Positions 7,942 through 16,639 of a stretch of 27,640 nt of DNA are shown piece after piece; the first letter of the stretch is position 1, and every line of letters starts with the position of its first letter. Made by a program: the position numbers and the translations under genes. The notes under the pieces were generated by a model. It was not told where the DNA came from. It ran no database searches and worked only from the letters and a program-made list of their open reading frames with translations. Location: positions 1 through 27,640 of the forward strand of contig CAIQBF010000107.1 in assembly GCA_903869975.1 (NCBI GenBank), in the 5' to 3' direction. Source of the DNA: an uncultured bacterium. GTDB lineage: Bacteria > Patescibacteriota > Minisyncoccia > Phycocordibacterales > UBA9973.

Positions 7942-9693
7942 TTATTCCGAAATCACGCGAAGCACCTCTTCTGTCGTCGTCATTCCCTGAGCAGCAAGAA
8001 AGATGCCGTCTTCAAGCATCGTCATCATTCCCTCTTTCTTGGCCTGCTCATTGATAGCATCCTGCGATCCGCCTTTGAGAATCAAGTCCTTGATCGCAAG
8101 TGAAACAGAAAATACCTCGTGGATACCCATGCGACCCTTATATCCGTCCTCACTCTCTTCACTTTTTACCGGACGATAAAACGGTACCGTGTTCCAAGTA
8201 GCACTCGGGTCTACAATCTTTTCCCGCTTAAGTATCTCGAGCATGCGCCCAAGATCAATTAATTTTCCAAGCGCATCAAGCTCGACATCGCTCATCGTAT
8301 ACCGCTGCTTAGATTTCGTGAGACGACGAACCAGACGCTGCGCGACAACGGTGCGTACAGTCGATACAATCAAGAACGGCTCGATACCCATATCGATCAT
8401 ACGCGGGATGGCGCCAGCAGCAGAATTCGTATGAATAGTGGAGAGCACCAAGTGTCCGGTGAGCGATGCGTTCACAGCAAGGCCCGCAGTTTCGCCGTCG
8501 CGGATTTCTCCCACCATGATAATGTCCGGGTCCTGACGAAGCAATGTACGAAGACCGTTTGCAAATGTGAGGCCAATCTCAGGCTTCACCTGTGTCTGGT
8601 TGATGCGCGGCATCTGATATTCGATCGGATCCTCCACTGTCGAGATGTTTACGTCCGGCGTATTCAAAATATCGAGCAGTGTATACAGAGTCGTGGTCTT
8701 TCCGGAGCCAGTCGGTCCTGCAGCAAGAATCATGCCGGCACGCTGCTTCATTGCCGAGTGAATACGTTCAAGCCCTTCGCCATGAAACCCTAATCCCTCA
8801 AGCGTGTACCCATGCGAATTCTCGCGCAACAGACGAAGTACCGTCTTTTCGCCGTAGTATGTAGGCAGTGTTGAGACACGGAACGAAACACGCTCCCCGT
8901 CTGTATCAATCTTAAAACGGCCATCCTGCGGCAAACGCTTCTCGTCGAGCTTGAGACCTGAGAGGACTTTGATGCGAGCAGTGATGCCCGGCGCAATCTC
9001 GCGAGGCAATGTCATCGCATCATGCAAAATACCGTCTACGCGATAGCGTACAATCACCGAATCTTCCGCCGGTTCAATATGTATATCCGATGCTCCTTGA
9101 GTGATCGCATGTGCTATAAGCGTGTCGACGATCTTCACGATCGGCAAATCCTCGGCAAGAGCCTTGAGGTCTTTCTCACTCGCATCAGCGCTGAATCCTT
9201 CCGTTACCGTACGAGCGGAAGCAGTCTCGTTCTGAATAAGTGCCTCGAACTCTGCCTTCAAGCTTTTTTTGTATTGCTGCAGTGCGCTTTTGATAGAAAT
9301 ATCATCAGTGAGACATGGCACGATCTTGAGACCCGTCTTCTTTTTTACGAAGTCAATCGTCGGCAGATCATCCACATCGAGCATGGCTACCTCGAGACGA
9401 TCATCGTTCTTCTTAAACGCAACAATATTGTTCGTACGAGCGATAGGCTCTGGAATCAGTGAGAGTACCGTAAGATCAATCTTTTCGTTTGCAAGAAATA
9501 CAAACGGAATCCCAAGCACATATGCTTCAATGCGCTTAAGGTCGGCCTGTTTGAGCTTGCCGGAAGATACGAGAACCTCTCCCAATTTTTGACTGCTTGC
9601 CGCTGCTGCTTTTTCTGCTTGATCAATTTCCGGAGCCGATACAAGTCCACTTTCGATAATAAACCTTTTTAGCTGATCGGTGTTGATTTGCAT
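7942..9693 (-). CDS. pilB: Type IV pilus assembly ATPase PilB (GspE/PulE family)
   Basis: ASDIHIEP, RLPQDGR, Walker A GPTGSGKTTTLY, TVEDPIEY, LRQDPDIIMVGEIRD, GHLVLSTIHTN. Confidence 0.95.
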   Translation of the reverse strand: MQINTDQLKRFIIESGLVSAPEIDQAEKAAAASSQKLGEVLVSSGKLKQADLKRIEAYVLGIPFVFLANEKIDLTVLSLIPEPIARTNNIVAFKKNDDRLEVAMLDVDDLPTIDFVKKKTGLKIVPCLTDDISIKSALQQYKKSLKAEFEALIQNETASARTVTEGFSADASEKDLKALAEDLPIVKIVDTLIAHAITQGASDIHIEPAEDSVIVRYRVDGILHDAMTLPREIAPGITARIKVLSGLKLDEKRLPQDGRFKIDTDGERVSFRVSTLPTYYGEKTVLRLLRENSHGYTLEGLGFHGEGLERIHSAMKQRAGMILAAGPTGSGKTTTLYTLLDILNTPDVNISTVEDPIEYQMPRINQTQVKPEIGLTFANGLRTLLRQDPDIIMVGEIRDGETAGLAVNASLTGHLVLSTIHTNSAAGAIPRMIDMGIEPFLIVSTVRTVVAQRLVRRLTKSKQRYTMSDVELDALGKLIDLGRMLEILKREKIVDPSATWNTVPFYRPVKSEESEDGYKGRMGIHEVFSVSLAIKDLILKGGSQDAINEQAKKEGMMTMLEDGIFLAAQGMTTTEEVLRVISE

Positions 9694-9732
9694 ATATAGG
9701 TATGTTGATCAGATAAGTATACCAAATAAAAC

Positions 9733-9762
9733 AAAAAACTTCTGCTCGTGCAGAAGTTTTTT
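9733..9762. terminator. Intrinsic terminator (bidirectional form) between the secreted-protein genes and pilB
   Basis: AAAAAACTTCTGC-TCGT-GCAGAAGTTTTTT perfect inverted repeat. Confidence 0.85.
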
Positions 9763-9777
9763 GAATAATAATACGTA

Positions 9778-10971
9778 TTAGAGAATGACGCTCGCTGGCA
9801 AAATGTACCCGAAGAGAATATTACCTCCAAACCAGCCTGATCCTGCGTGGAATGGTCCTCCTCCTGAGCTGTAACAGCTATCCTGCCAGAGCACGACACC
9901 TTGAGTGTCACAAAACGTAGCTGGCTTATATACGGGAATCGCGCCGCCTGGGACATCATATTTGTTTGCGCGAACAACGTTTGTAGCAATACTATCCGCC
10001 TTAATGCTGTAATCGATACCGGGTCTAGGATCAGAACCCAAAGGTCCTAGGCCGTTCCAACGAAAACTGTTCGGTGCGTCATTGGATACAATACCACCTC
10101 CTCTTACTAGCAAACTTGTGCGTGATGAATCGCGTATCGGCGTACCCGGAGTCACTCCAATATCGAGAGTTCGTGGAATTTCCACACTACCGCTTGAATT
10201 GACTTTGAGACCCTCAAAACCGTTTGCGTAGAGACTCATCGCACGAGATCCATTCTTGTAGATAATACGTCCGCCAAAATCAGTTCCCGTTTCAGCGAAA
10301 TCAATATATCCGCCAGCAGAACTGCCAGCATTGAGCTGCATTCCCGCGTAGCCAGCTGTGTCAATACCTAGGTTTACTCCAGCATCTACCGGAGTATTTG
10401 GAAGCTGTCCGCTCACGAGGACATTACCCGTATTCGCATTGCGCATATTGGCACCAGAAACTATCCACTGCGATGTGCTCGATGAAGAAGACGGATCCTG
10501 CCATGTCGCATAGCCTGAAGCATCACTCGTGAGAACGCGTCCCACTGCTGGAACGCCTGGAGGAAATGGAGTGCCTGAAGGCCAAAGCGTCCCCGGAAGA
10601 GCCGCTCCAGTAATCTGAAGCGTTCCGCCAAGAACACCTGAACTCAAAATAGTACTACCCCAGTTCACAAAACCAGTCACATCCAAAACGCTTGTCACGG
10701 TAGCCTTACCATTTACCGTAAGCATTTGCGGAATAATACTTGTGCAGGGTCCCCCGGGAATACATGCATTACCCAGAGTTAGTTTCCCGAGCTTGATCTG
10801 AGCAGTGTTGCTCACATTGATCGGCGCATCACACCCAGGATGCCCACTCGGACAGGTAGGAGCACCTCCTGCTGGCGGCGTAACTTGAGCGAGTACCGGA
10901 AGAGAAAGTACCAGTGCCGAAACGACAACAAGAACTTTTGCAGCGGTAGTGATTTTTTCTTTCATATTCAT
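9778..10971 (-). CDS. Secreted Gly/Thr/Pro-rich surface protein with tail-fibre-like segments
   Basis: Sec signal peptide (MNMKEK...LPVLA|Q), Cys pairs, motifs GRVLTSDASGYATWQ and GYIDFAETGTDFGGRII. Function inferred. Confidence 0.7.
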   Translation of the reverse strand: MNMKEKITTAAKVLVVVSALVLSLPVLAQVTPPAGGAPTCPSGHPGCDAPINVSNTAQIKLGKLTLGNACIPGGPCTSIIPQMLTVNGKATVTSVLDVTGFVNWGSTILSSGVLGGTLQITGAALPGTLWPSGTPFPPGVPAVGRVLTSDASGYATWQDPSSSSSTSQWIVSGANMRNANTGNVLVSGQLPNTPVDAGVNLGIDTAGYAGMQLNAGSSAGGYIDFAETGTDFGGRIIYKNGSRAMSLYANGFEGLKVNSSGSVEIPRTLDIGVTPGTPIRDSSRTSLLVRGGGIVSNDAPNSFRWNGLGPLGSDPRPGIDYSIKADSIATNVVRANKYDVPGGAIPVYKPATFCDTQGVVLWQDSCYSSGGGPFHAGSGWFGGNILFGYILPASVIL

Positions 10972-11007
10972 ATCTTTTAATTACTGATAATTATGTACTA
11001 ACAATGA

Positions 11008-12372
11008 TTAACGCTCGTCATACGGGAATCGGATACCTCGGCCACCTCCTCCTGTTCCTGTACCAACCGGAGGGTTTACGGTAATGGTAGCGCGGCACGT
11101 AGTACCTCCTGACTCTCGGGCAGTTACGACTATTGCGTAAGCGCTCGTCGGGATCGTTCCGGAAACAGTAATCGGTATTCGGTCACGTGCGCTTGTAATA
11201 CTACCACCAAACGAAACACCGGAATCAGATGAAGAGAATGTAAACGTCGGGAAGGTTCCCGTACCAGTCCACGACACTCCATATGAAGGAGTGACTGTGA
11301 TCGGTCCAAACGGACCGGATGTCCCTGTTGGAGTGACAGAAGCGGTACGCGGTGTGATCGAACACGTTGCAAGAGCTGGATCGGTCGGATACACAATAGC
11401 AGCTGCCGGCAATGAAAGAGTGATTCCGTCACGTGCTACACATTGTATTTTGTACACATTGAGCACGGTTGTCCCCATAGTTCCGGCAGGTACACGTACA
11501 TCCATAGTGCCTATTCCGGTTACCGTAATCGTCGAAGGTCCACCCGGCTCCCAGTATGGATAAACGATAGGGTCCCCAAGACCATCTACGAGACCAAGTG
11601 GCTGCGACTGCAGCCGGCACGTATCGACATCACCGGTTGGAATCCATTTGAGTGTCGCTGTACGCACGCCGCCAGTACGAGTCATGTCTCCATAAGGACC
11701 AAATCCGCGTCCATCGTGCGTATCTACTGAAAGAGCTACCCCAGGAGGAACTACTGTCGTATTCGAGACGCTCGCAAACTCAAAATCGAGCCAGCCGACG
11801 TTGACCCCTCCCCAGGCAAAGCTATAGGGACCTACTCCTGAACCCGATGAAACAAAGGGAAATCCAGGAAGACCTGCGGGAGGCGTCCCGGAAGCGAGAT
11901 ATTTAAGACCAAAATCGGTTCCACCCGAACCCAGATTGATACAACCATCCCAACCGCCCGTTCCACCCGAGATTGCTCGAGCAAAGCCGGTAATAAGACC
12001 TGTCGATTCATTATATGTACCGCTAGGACCGCATGCGCCAGGCGAAGAGAAATCGATCCACCCAATGTTGTCATTCCAAGCCGTGCCTCCAAATGTATTG
12101 GCAGTAATCGTCACTTTGTAGGTAATAAGGTGCGTAGGACTCGTGTCACAAATACTTACCCGACCAGCGCCACCCTCAGCACAGTTGAGGCTCACCCAGC
12201 CAATAGTATTACTCCATGCATATCCGTGAACATCTGCCGTAAGCGGCGATGCATGTGCGATAGATCCAAAGGAAAGCAGCCCTGCTGCAACCGCAACTAC
12301 AGCAAAAAAGCCTTTCAATGCTTGCTGAAAGCGAGAAACGCGGTTTGGAGTGCTTATATGAAATGTGGACAT
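11008..12372 (-). CDS. Secreted protein with GxAW...IGW repeats and beta-rich Ig-like C-terminus
   Basis: Signal peptide (IAHA|S); repeats GYAWSNTIGWVSL, GTAWNDNIGWIDF, FAWGGVNVGWLDF; Thr/Gly-rich tail. Confidence 0.75.
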   Translation of the reverse strand: MSTFHISTPNRVSRFQQALKGFFAVVAVAAGLLSFGSIAHASPLTADVHGYAWSNTIGWVSLNCAEGGAGRVSICDTSPTHLITYKVTITANTFGGTAWNDNIGWIDFSSPGACGPSGTYNESTGLITGFARAISGGTGGWDGCINLGSGGTDFGLKYLASGTPPAGLPGFPFVSSGSGVGPYSFAWGGVNVGWLDFEFASVSNTTVVPPGVALSVDTHDGRGFGPYGDMTRTGGVRTATLKWIPTGDVDTCRLQSQPLGLVDGLGDPIVYPYWEPGGPSTITVTGIGTMDVRVPAGTMGTTVLNVYKIQCVARDGITLSLPAAAIVYPTDPALATCSITPRTASVTPTGTSGPFGPITVTPSYGVSWTGTGTFPTFTFSSSDSGVSFGGSITSARDRIPITVSGTIPTSAYAIVVTARESGGTTCRATITVNPPVGTGTGGGGRGIRFPYDER

Positions 12373-12375
12373 AGG

Positions 12376-12714
12376 CTACTGCTTACTCAATGAATCAATG
12401 ACAGCTTGTTTTTCAGCCTCAGTACGAACAGGAGTCTTTGATTGCGTTTGCGCCTCAACCATCTGCCTAATGACTTTAGCCTTGGCCGTTTCAGGTATTG
12501 GCTTCTCAGGCTTTTCGGCCGCAATCGAATCTATGATTGTCTGTTTTTGTACCTCAGTGAAGCGTTCTTTTGGTGTAGCTGGCGAAGAATAGTACCGATT
12601 CCAGGCAACCCAAGCGATAGCACTCACGGCGGCGAGCACAATAATACAGATGACTGTGTTTCTCTTCTGCTTGAAGTGATCTGAATGAACGATGCTTGCC
12701 TCAGGAGGATTCAT
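12376..12714 (-). CDS. Small single-pass membrane protein (112 aa; start revised from the track's 12921)
   Basis: One TM helix (VICIIVLAAVSAIAWVAW). ATG 12714 has an extended -10 TGG-TACAAT 9 nt upstream. The longer ORF would run through the divergent nusA promoter. Confidence 0.7.
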   Translation of the reverse strand: MNPPEASIVHSDHFKQKRNTVICIIVLAAVSAIAWVAWNRYYSSPATPKERFTEVQKQTIIDSIAAEKPEKPIPETAKAKVIRQMVEAQTQSKTPVRTEAEKQAVIDSLSKQ

Positions 12715-12799
12715 ATAGAGATAATTGTACCATTTATATAGCTGTGGACTGCAAAGACAGTATGTGGAAAACCAGTCAGCAGCAGCACACGCAGTGGCG

Positions 12800-12828
12800 T
12801 TGACACTTTTTACCTCGTCGCGTACTAT
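12800..12828 (+). promoter_or_regulatory. Sigma70 promoter upstream of the nusA operon
   Basis: TTGACA (12800-12805), 17 nt, TACTAT (12823-12828). Confidence 0.8.
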
Positions 12829-12860
12829 ATATAGTGTTATCAGATAAGGTTTTGAGGTAT

Positions 12861-12888
12861 GTCGGCCAGAGGGCCGGCTCTTTTTTTT
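12861..12888 (+). terminator. Leader terminator/attenuator upstream of nusA
   Basis: GTCGGCC-AGAG-GGCCGGC hairpin followed by TCTTTTTTTT, about 30-50 nt after the predicted start of transcription. Confidence 0.6.
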
Positions 12889-12980
12889 AAAAAAAGGGGG
12901 GGGGCACTTACATACGCTCACAGCTTGTCGAAATTAGTAAAATTAAATAAAAAGGCCGTATTATAAGGCCAAAACCATAT

Positions 12981-14144
12981 ATGTTAGACCTAAAAGCACT
13001 GAAAATCGCCCTCGACCAGCTCGAAACAGAGCGCCGCGTACCACGAGAAAAGATCATCGAGGCTATCGAACAAGCTCTCGCTGCCGCATATAAAAAAGAC
13101 TACGGCAAACGCGGTCAGATCGTTCGCGCGCATTTCGACCTCGAAACTGGCCGCACCGACTTCTTCCAGATCAAAGTCGTCGCCGATGAGAGCACTATCT
13201 ACTTCGTTGAAGAAGGAGAGGATACACCTGAACTTCCTGAAGGAGACGAGCGCATCCGCTTCAATCCTGAACATCACATCCTCCTTGAAGATGCTCGCAT
13301 CATGAAATCGAACGCAGTTGTAGGCGAGGAAATCAATTTCCCACTCGAAGCAAAAGAAGACTACGGCCGCATCGCCGCTCAAACAGCGAAGCAGGTCATC
13401 ATCCAGCGCATCCGCGAGGCTGAGCACGGCGCTATCATGAGTGAATTCGGCGGACACGAAGGAGACATCATTAGCGGAATCGTCCAGAAAATGGAGCGCG
13501 GCAACGTGTTCCTCGATATGGGTCGCATCACTGCCATCCTTCCACGAGAAGAACAGATCCCCGGCGAATATTACCGCCGCGGCGAACGCCTCCGTGCATA
13601 TCTCTATGCCGTCGAAGAAACCCCACGCGGTGTGTCTCTCAAGGTTTCCCGCACTCATCCAAAACTCATCACTGCTCTCTTTGCACAAGAAGCTCCAGAG
13701 GTCGCATCAGGAACAGTTGAAATCAAATCGACTGCCCGCGAAGCTGGTGCTCGTACAAAAATCGCCGTCTTCAGCGCTGATGAGCATGTTGATCCAGTCG
13801 GATCATGCGTTGGACAGAAAGGCATCCGTGTAACCACTGTCATGAGCGAACTCGGTAACGAGAAGATCGACATCATCGAATGGAATGCTGACCCAGCAAA
13901 ATTCGTCGCAGCAGCACTTTCACCAGCAAAAGCTCTTTCAGTCACGATCAACGACACCGAACACACCGCAAGCGTAGAAGTCGCCGATGACCAGCTCTCA
14001 CTCGCAATCGGAAAGGGAGGGCAGAACGTTCGTCTCGCCGCAAAACTTACCGGATGGAGAATTGACATCAAGGGTGTCGCCGGAGATATGGTTGGCTCGT
14101 CAGATGGAGAGACTGTCACCGAAAAAACAGCAGAGGTCGCATAA
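12981..14144 (+). CDS. nusA: Transcription termination/antitermination factor NusA
   Basis: FGRIAAQTAKQVIIQ-like motif (YGRIAAQTAKQ), S1 domain, REAGARTKIAV, DPVGSCVG, AIGKGGQNVRLAAKLTGWRIDI. Confidence 0.98.
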   Translation: MLDLKALKIALDQLETERRVPREKIIEAIEQALAAAYKKDYGKRGQIVRAHFDLETGRTDFFQIKVVADESTIYFVEEGEDTPELPEGDERIRFNPEHHILLEDARIMKSNAVVGEEINFPLEAKEDYGRIAAQTAKQVIIQRIREAEHGAIMSEFGGHEGDIISGIVQKMERGNVFLDMGRITAILPREEQIPGEYYRRGERLRAYLYAVEETPRGVSLKVSRTHPKLITALFAQEAPEVASGTVEIKSTAREAGARTKIAVFSADEHVDPVGSCVGQKGIRVTTVMSELGNEKIDIIEWNADPAKFVAAALSPAKALSVTINDTEHTASVEVADDQLSLAIGKGGQNVRLAAKLTGWRIDIKGVAGDMVGSSDGETVTEKTAEVA

Positions 14145-14172
14145 TTACTATTCTCGTAACCATTCACTCACT

Positions 14173-14712
14173 ATGAATCTTTGGCACGACGTATCCGCAG
14201 GTAAAAATGTTCCCGAGGAACTTAACTGTATTATTGAAATCCCAAAAGGATCGTACAATAAATACGAAATCGACAAGGAAACGGGACTCATCGCCCTCGA
14301 CCGCGCAAACTATTCGTACGCTCCATACCCATTCGACTATGGCTTTGCGCCGCAGACACTCTGGGACGACGGTGACGCTCTCGACATTATTGTACTAACA
14401 ACCTTCCCTCTCAATCCAGGAATTCTCGTGCGCGTCCGCCCTGTTGCCGTCATGGATATGACCGACTCAGGCGAATCCGATTACAAAGTGATTGCTGTTC
14501 CAGTCGAAGACAAACGATGGGACGACATCCACGACCTCGGAGATCTCAATAAACACATGCTCAAAGAGTTCACGCATTTCTTCGAGACCTACAAGGCACT
14601 CAAAGGAAAACCAGTCGTGGTTTCTATCAATTCCGTCATGGGAAAGAAAGAAGCCATGGATGCAGTCACCCGCTCGATCGGGCTCTACACGGAAAAATAC
14701 GGAAAGAAATAG
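14173..14712 (+). CDS. ppa: Family I inorganic pyrophosphatase (179 aa; start revised from the track's 13987)
   Basis: IEIPKGS.NKYE, YPFDYGFAPQT, DDGDALD, DYKVIAVP, HFFETYK. Natural start MNLWHD at ATG 14173; the longer ORF overlaps nusA. Confidence 0.95.
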   Translation: MNLWHDVSAGKNVPEELNCIIEIPKGSYNKYEIDKETGLIALDRANYSYAPYPFDYGFAPQTLWDDGDALDIIVLTTFPLNPGILVRVRPVAVMDMTDSGESDYKVIAVPVEDKRWDDIHDLGDLNKHMLKEFTHFFETYKALKGKPVVVSINSVMGKKEAMDAVTRSIGLYTEKYGKK

Positions 14713-14730
14713 TTTAGTACTCCCATACCT

Positions 14731-15774
14731 ATGAAAAAATCAATCACAAAACTACCTAAAAGCCAGATCGCTGTCGAAGTGAGCGTACCGCAGGACATCT
14801 TTGAAAGCTATCGTACAAAAGCGCTCGAACGAGCAAGCGCGCATGTCGAAATGCCTGGATTCAGAAAAGGTAAAGTACCTATGAATGTGCTCGAAAAAGA
14901 GCTCAACCCAATGGCGATACTCGAAGAGATGGCGGACCTTGCTATCAATGAACACTTTCCAAAAATCCTCGTCGATGAAAAAATCGACGCCATTGGTCGC
15001 CCGGAAATACAAATCACCAAAATCGCAAAAGGAGAGCATCTTGAATTCACCGCTACTGTCGCCGTACTCCCGACAGTGACACTCCCTGACTATAAGAAGA
15101 TTGCTGCAAAAGAAAATAAAGCTGATGCCGAAATCATCGTCAGTGACGAAGAACTCGAAAGCGCAATCAAAGAACTCAAGAAAGCTCGCGAGCACAACGA
15201 AATCCACCAATCAGGCGCTGAGCACAATCACGAAGAATTCGAGAAAAAGGAATTCGACGCGACACTCACCGACGAATATGTAAAAGATCTCGGACCGTTC
15301 GAGAACGTCGCGACATTCAAGGAAAAATTCCGCGAAAACATCGCAAACGAAAAGAAAGCTCGCGAAACTGAGAAGCACCGCGTCGCTATCGTTGAAGCAC
15401 TCGCGACAGCAACAGAAATCGATATTCCTGATGTTCTCATCGAGAATGAACTTGAAAATCTGGTAAACCGCCTCAAGAGCGATATCGCTCAAGCCGGCAT
15501 CCCATTCGAAGAATACATTAAGCACATCAAAAAGACCGAGGCAGATATCCGTGCCGATATGAAGCCCGACGCAGAGAAGCGCGCGAAAGTTGAGCTCATC
15601 ATGATGAAAATCGCCGAGGCTGAGAATCTCAAGCCAAAAGACGAGGATATTGAAAACGAAACCAAGCGCCTCATCCAAACCTACCAGGATGCCGACCCGC
15701 TTCGCGCTCGCTTCTATGTCGCACACATGCTGACAAATGAAGAGATCTTCAAGTTCCTCGAGTCACAGAAATAA
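14731..15774 (+). CDS. tig: Trigger factor, short form lacking the FKBP/PPIase domain
   Basis: Ribosome-binding motif MPGFRKGKVP and SurA-like C-domain; 347 aa; position upstream of clpP. Confidence 0.92.
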   Translation: MKKSITKLPKSQIAVEVSVPQDIFESYRTKALERASAHVEMPGFRKGKVPMNVLEKELNPMAILEEMADLAINEHFPKILVDEKIDAIGRPEIQITKIAKGEHLEFTATVAVLPTVTLPDYKKIAAKENKADAEIIVSDEELESAIKELKKAREHNEIHQSGAEHNHEEFEKKEFDATLTDEYVKDLGPFENVATFKEKFRENIANEKKARETEKHRVAIVEALATATEIDIPDVLIENELENLVNRLKSDIAQAGIPFEEYIKHIKKTEADIRADMKPDAEKRAKVELIMMKIAEAENLKPKDEDIENETKRLIQTYQDADPLRARFYVAHMLTNEEIFKFLESQK

Positions 15775-15798
15775 TTATTAGTTTGCTCTCTTTATCTT

Positions 15799-16389
15799 AT
15801 GCTTATCCCAACAGTCATTGAAAAGTCACAGTTCGGCGAGCGTGCATACGACATCTACTCTCGCCTCTTGCGCGAACGCATTATCTTCCTCGGAGGTCCG
15901 ATCGATGATTACATGGCAAACATTGTCATCGCACAGCTTCTCTTCCTTGAAAACGAAGATCCAAAAAAGGAAATCAAGCTCTACATCAATAGCCCAGGCG
16001 GATCGGTTACGGCAGCAATGGCCATCTACGATACGATGAACCATATCAAGCCTGACGTTGCGACAGTGTGTGTCGGTATCGCAGCGAGCGCTGCAGCCGT
16101 CCTGCTCTCAAGCGGAACAAAAGGCAAGCGTTACTGTCTCCCGAATTCTGAAGTCATGATCCACCAGGTCATGGGCGGCGCAGAAGGCCAAGCTTCAGAC
16201 ATCGCAATCACCGCAAAGCACATCCTCCGCACAAAGGAGAACCTCAACAAGATTCTCTCGAAAAACACCGGAAAGCCGATCGCACAAGTAGAAAAAGATT
16301 CCGATCGCGACTACTACCTCTCGGCGGAAGAAGCCAAGAAGTATGGACTCGTGGACGAGATCATCATGAAGTCAAAAAGCATAAAATAA
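15799..16389 (+). CDS. clpP: ATP-dependent Clp protease proteolytic subunit
   Basis: [21 protein letters not shown], catalytic Ser (AASAA), His (MIHQ), Asp (DRD). Confidence 0.98.
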   Translation: MLIPTVIEKSQFGERAYDIYSRLLRERIIFLGGPIDDYMANIVIAQLLFLENEDPKKEIKLYINSPGGSVTAAMAIYDTMNHIKPDVATVCVGIAASAAAVLLSSGTKGKRYCLPNSEVMIHQVMGGAEGQASDIAITAKHILRTKENLNKILSKNTGKPIAQVEKDSDRDYYLSAEEAKKYGLVDEIIMKSKSIK

Positions 16390-16405
16390 CACCACTCGAC
16401 GCAGG

Positions 16406-16439
16406 AAAACACGGCCGGAGAAATCCCCCGTGTTTTTTT
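16406..16439 (+). terminator. Intrinsic terminator after clpP
   Basis: AAAACACGG...CCGTGTTTTTTT. Confidence 0.7.
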
Positions 16440-16448
16440 GCGCCTTTC

Positions 16449-16477
16449 TCGACAATCTTCCAAACCTCTGGTATTCT
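16449..16477 (+). promoter_or_regulatory. Sigma70 promoter upstream of the rny leader RNA
   Basis: TCGACA, 17 nt, TATTCT with an extended TG. Confidence 0.6.
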
Positions 16478-16507
16478 GTGATTATCGAACTTTAGTATAT
16501 TAGTTTG

Positions 16508-16639
16508 CTAGTTCGCCCGGAAATCGCTTCGTTTGCCTCTCAAACCATTATGAAATTCAGAACTTCCCGCTGTGCGTACCCCCCACTATCTGTCATTTTG
16601 ATTCGGTCCAACCGAGGTATTTTCTAGACGGCTAGCTAG
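16508..16639 (+). ncRNA. Candidate structured RNA (6S-like long hairpin with central bubble, or cis-regulatory rny leader)
   Basis: Hand pairing: CTAGTT/AGCTAG, GCC/GGC, GGAAA/TTTCT, GCTTCGTTTG/CAACCGAGGT (9 of 10 pairs), two unpaired strands, then ATGA/TCAT and CAGA/TCTG. No covariance model was run. Confidence 0.4.

Noticed and set aside
12715-12921. N-terminal extension of the membrane protein through the C9/T7/A8 tract, suggesting phase variation by frameshift
   Set aside because: The extension crosses the divergent nusA promoter and leader, is not protein-like, and a promoter-supported ATG exists at 12714, downstream of the tract.
12990-13688. 232-aa antisense ORF over nusA
   Set aside because: Shadow ORF caused by the sense gene's codon bias; no motifs, promoter or RBS seen.
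13987-14172. 62-aa extension of the pyrophosphatase
   Set aside because: Overlaps the nusA 3' end out of frame; family similarity starts at MNLWHD.
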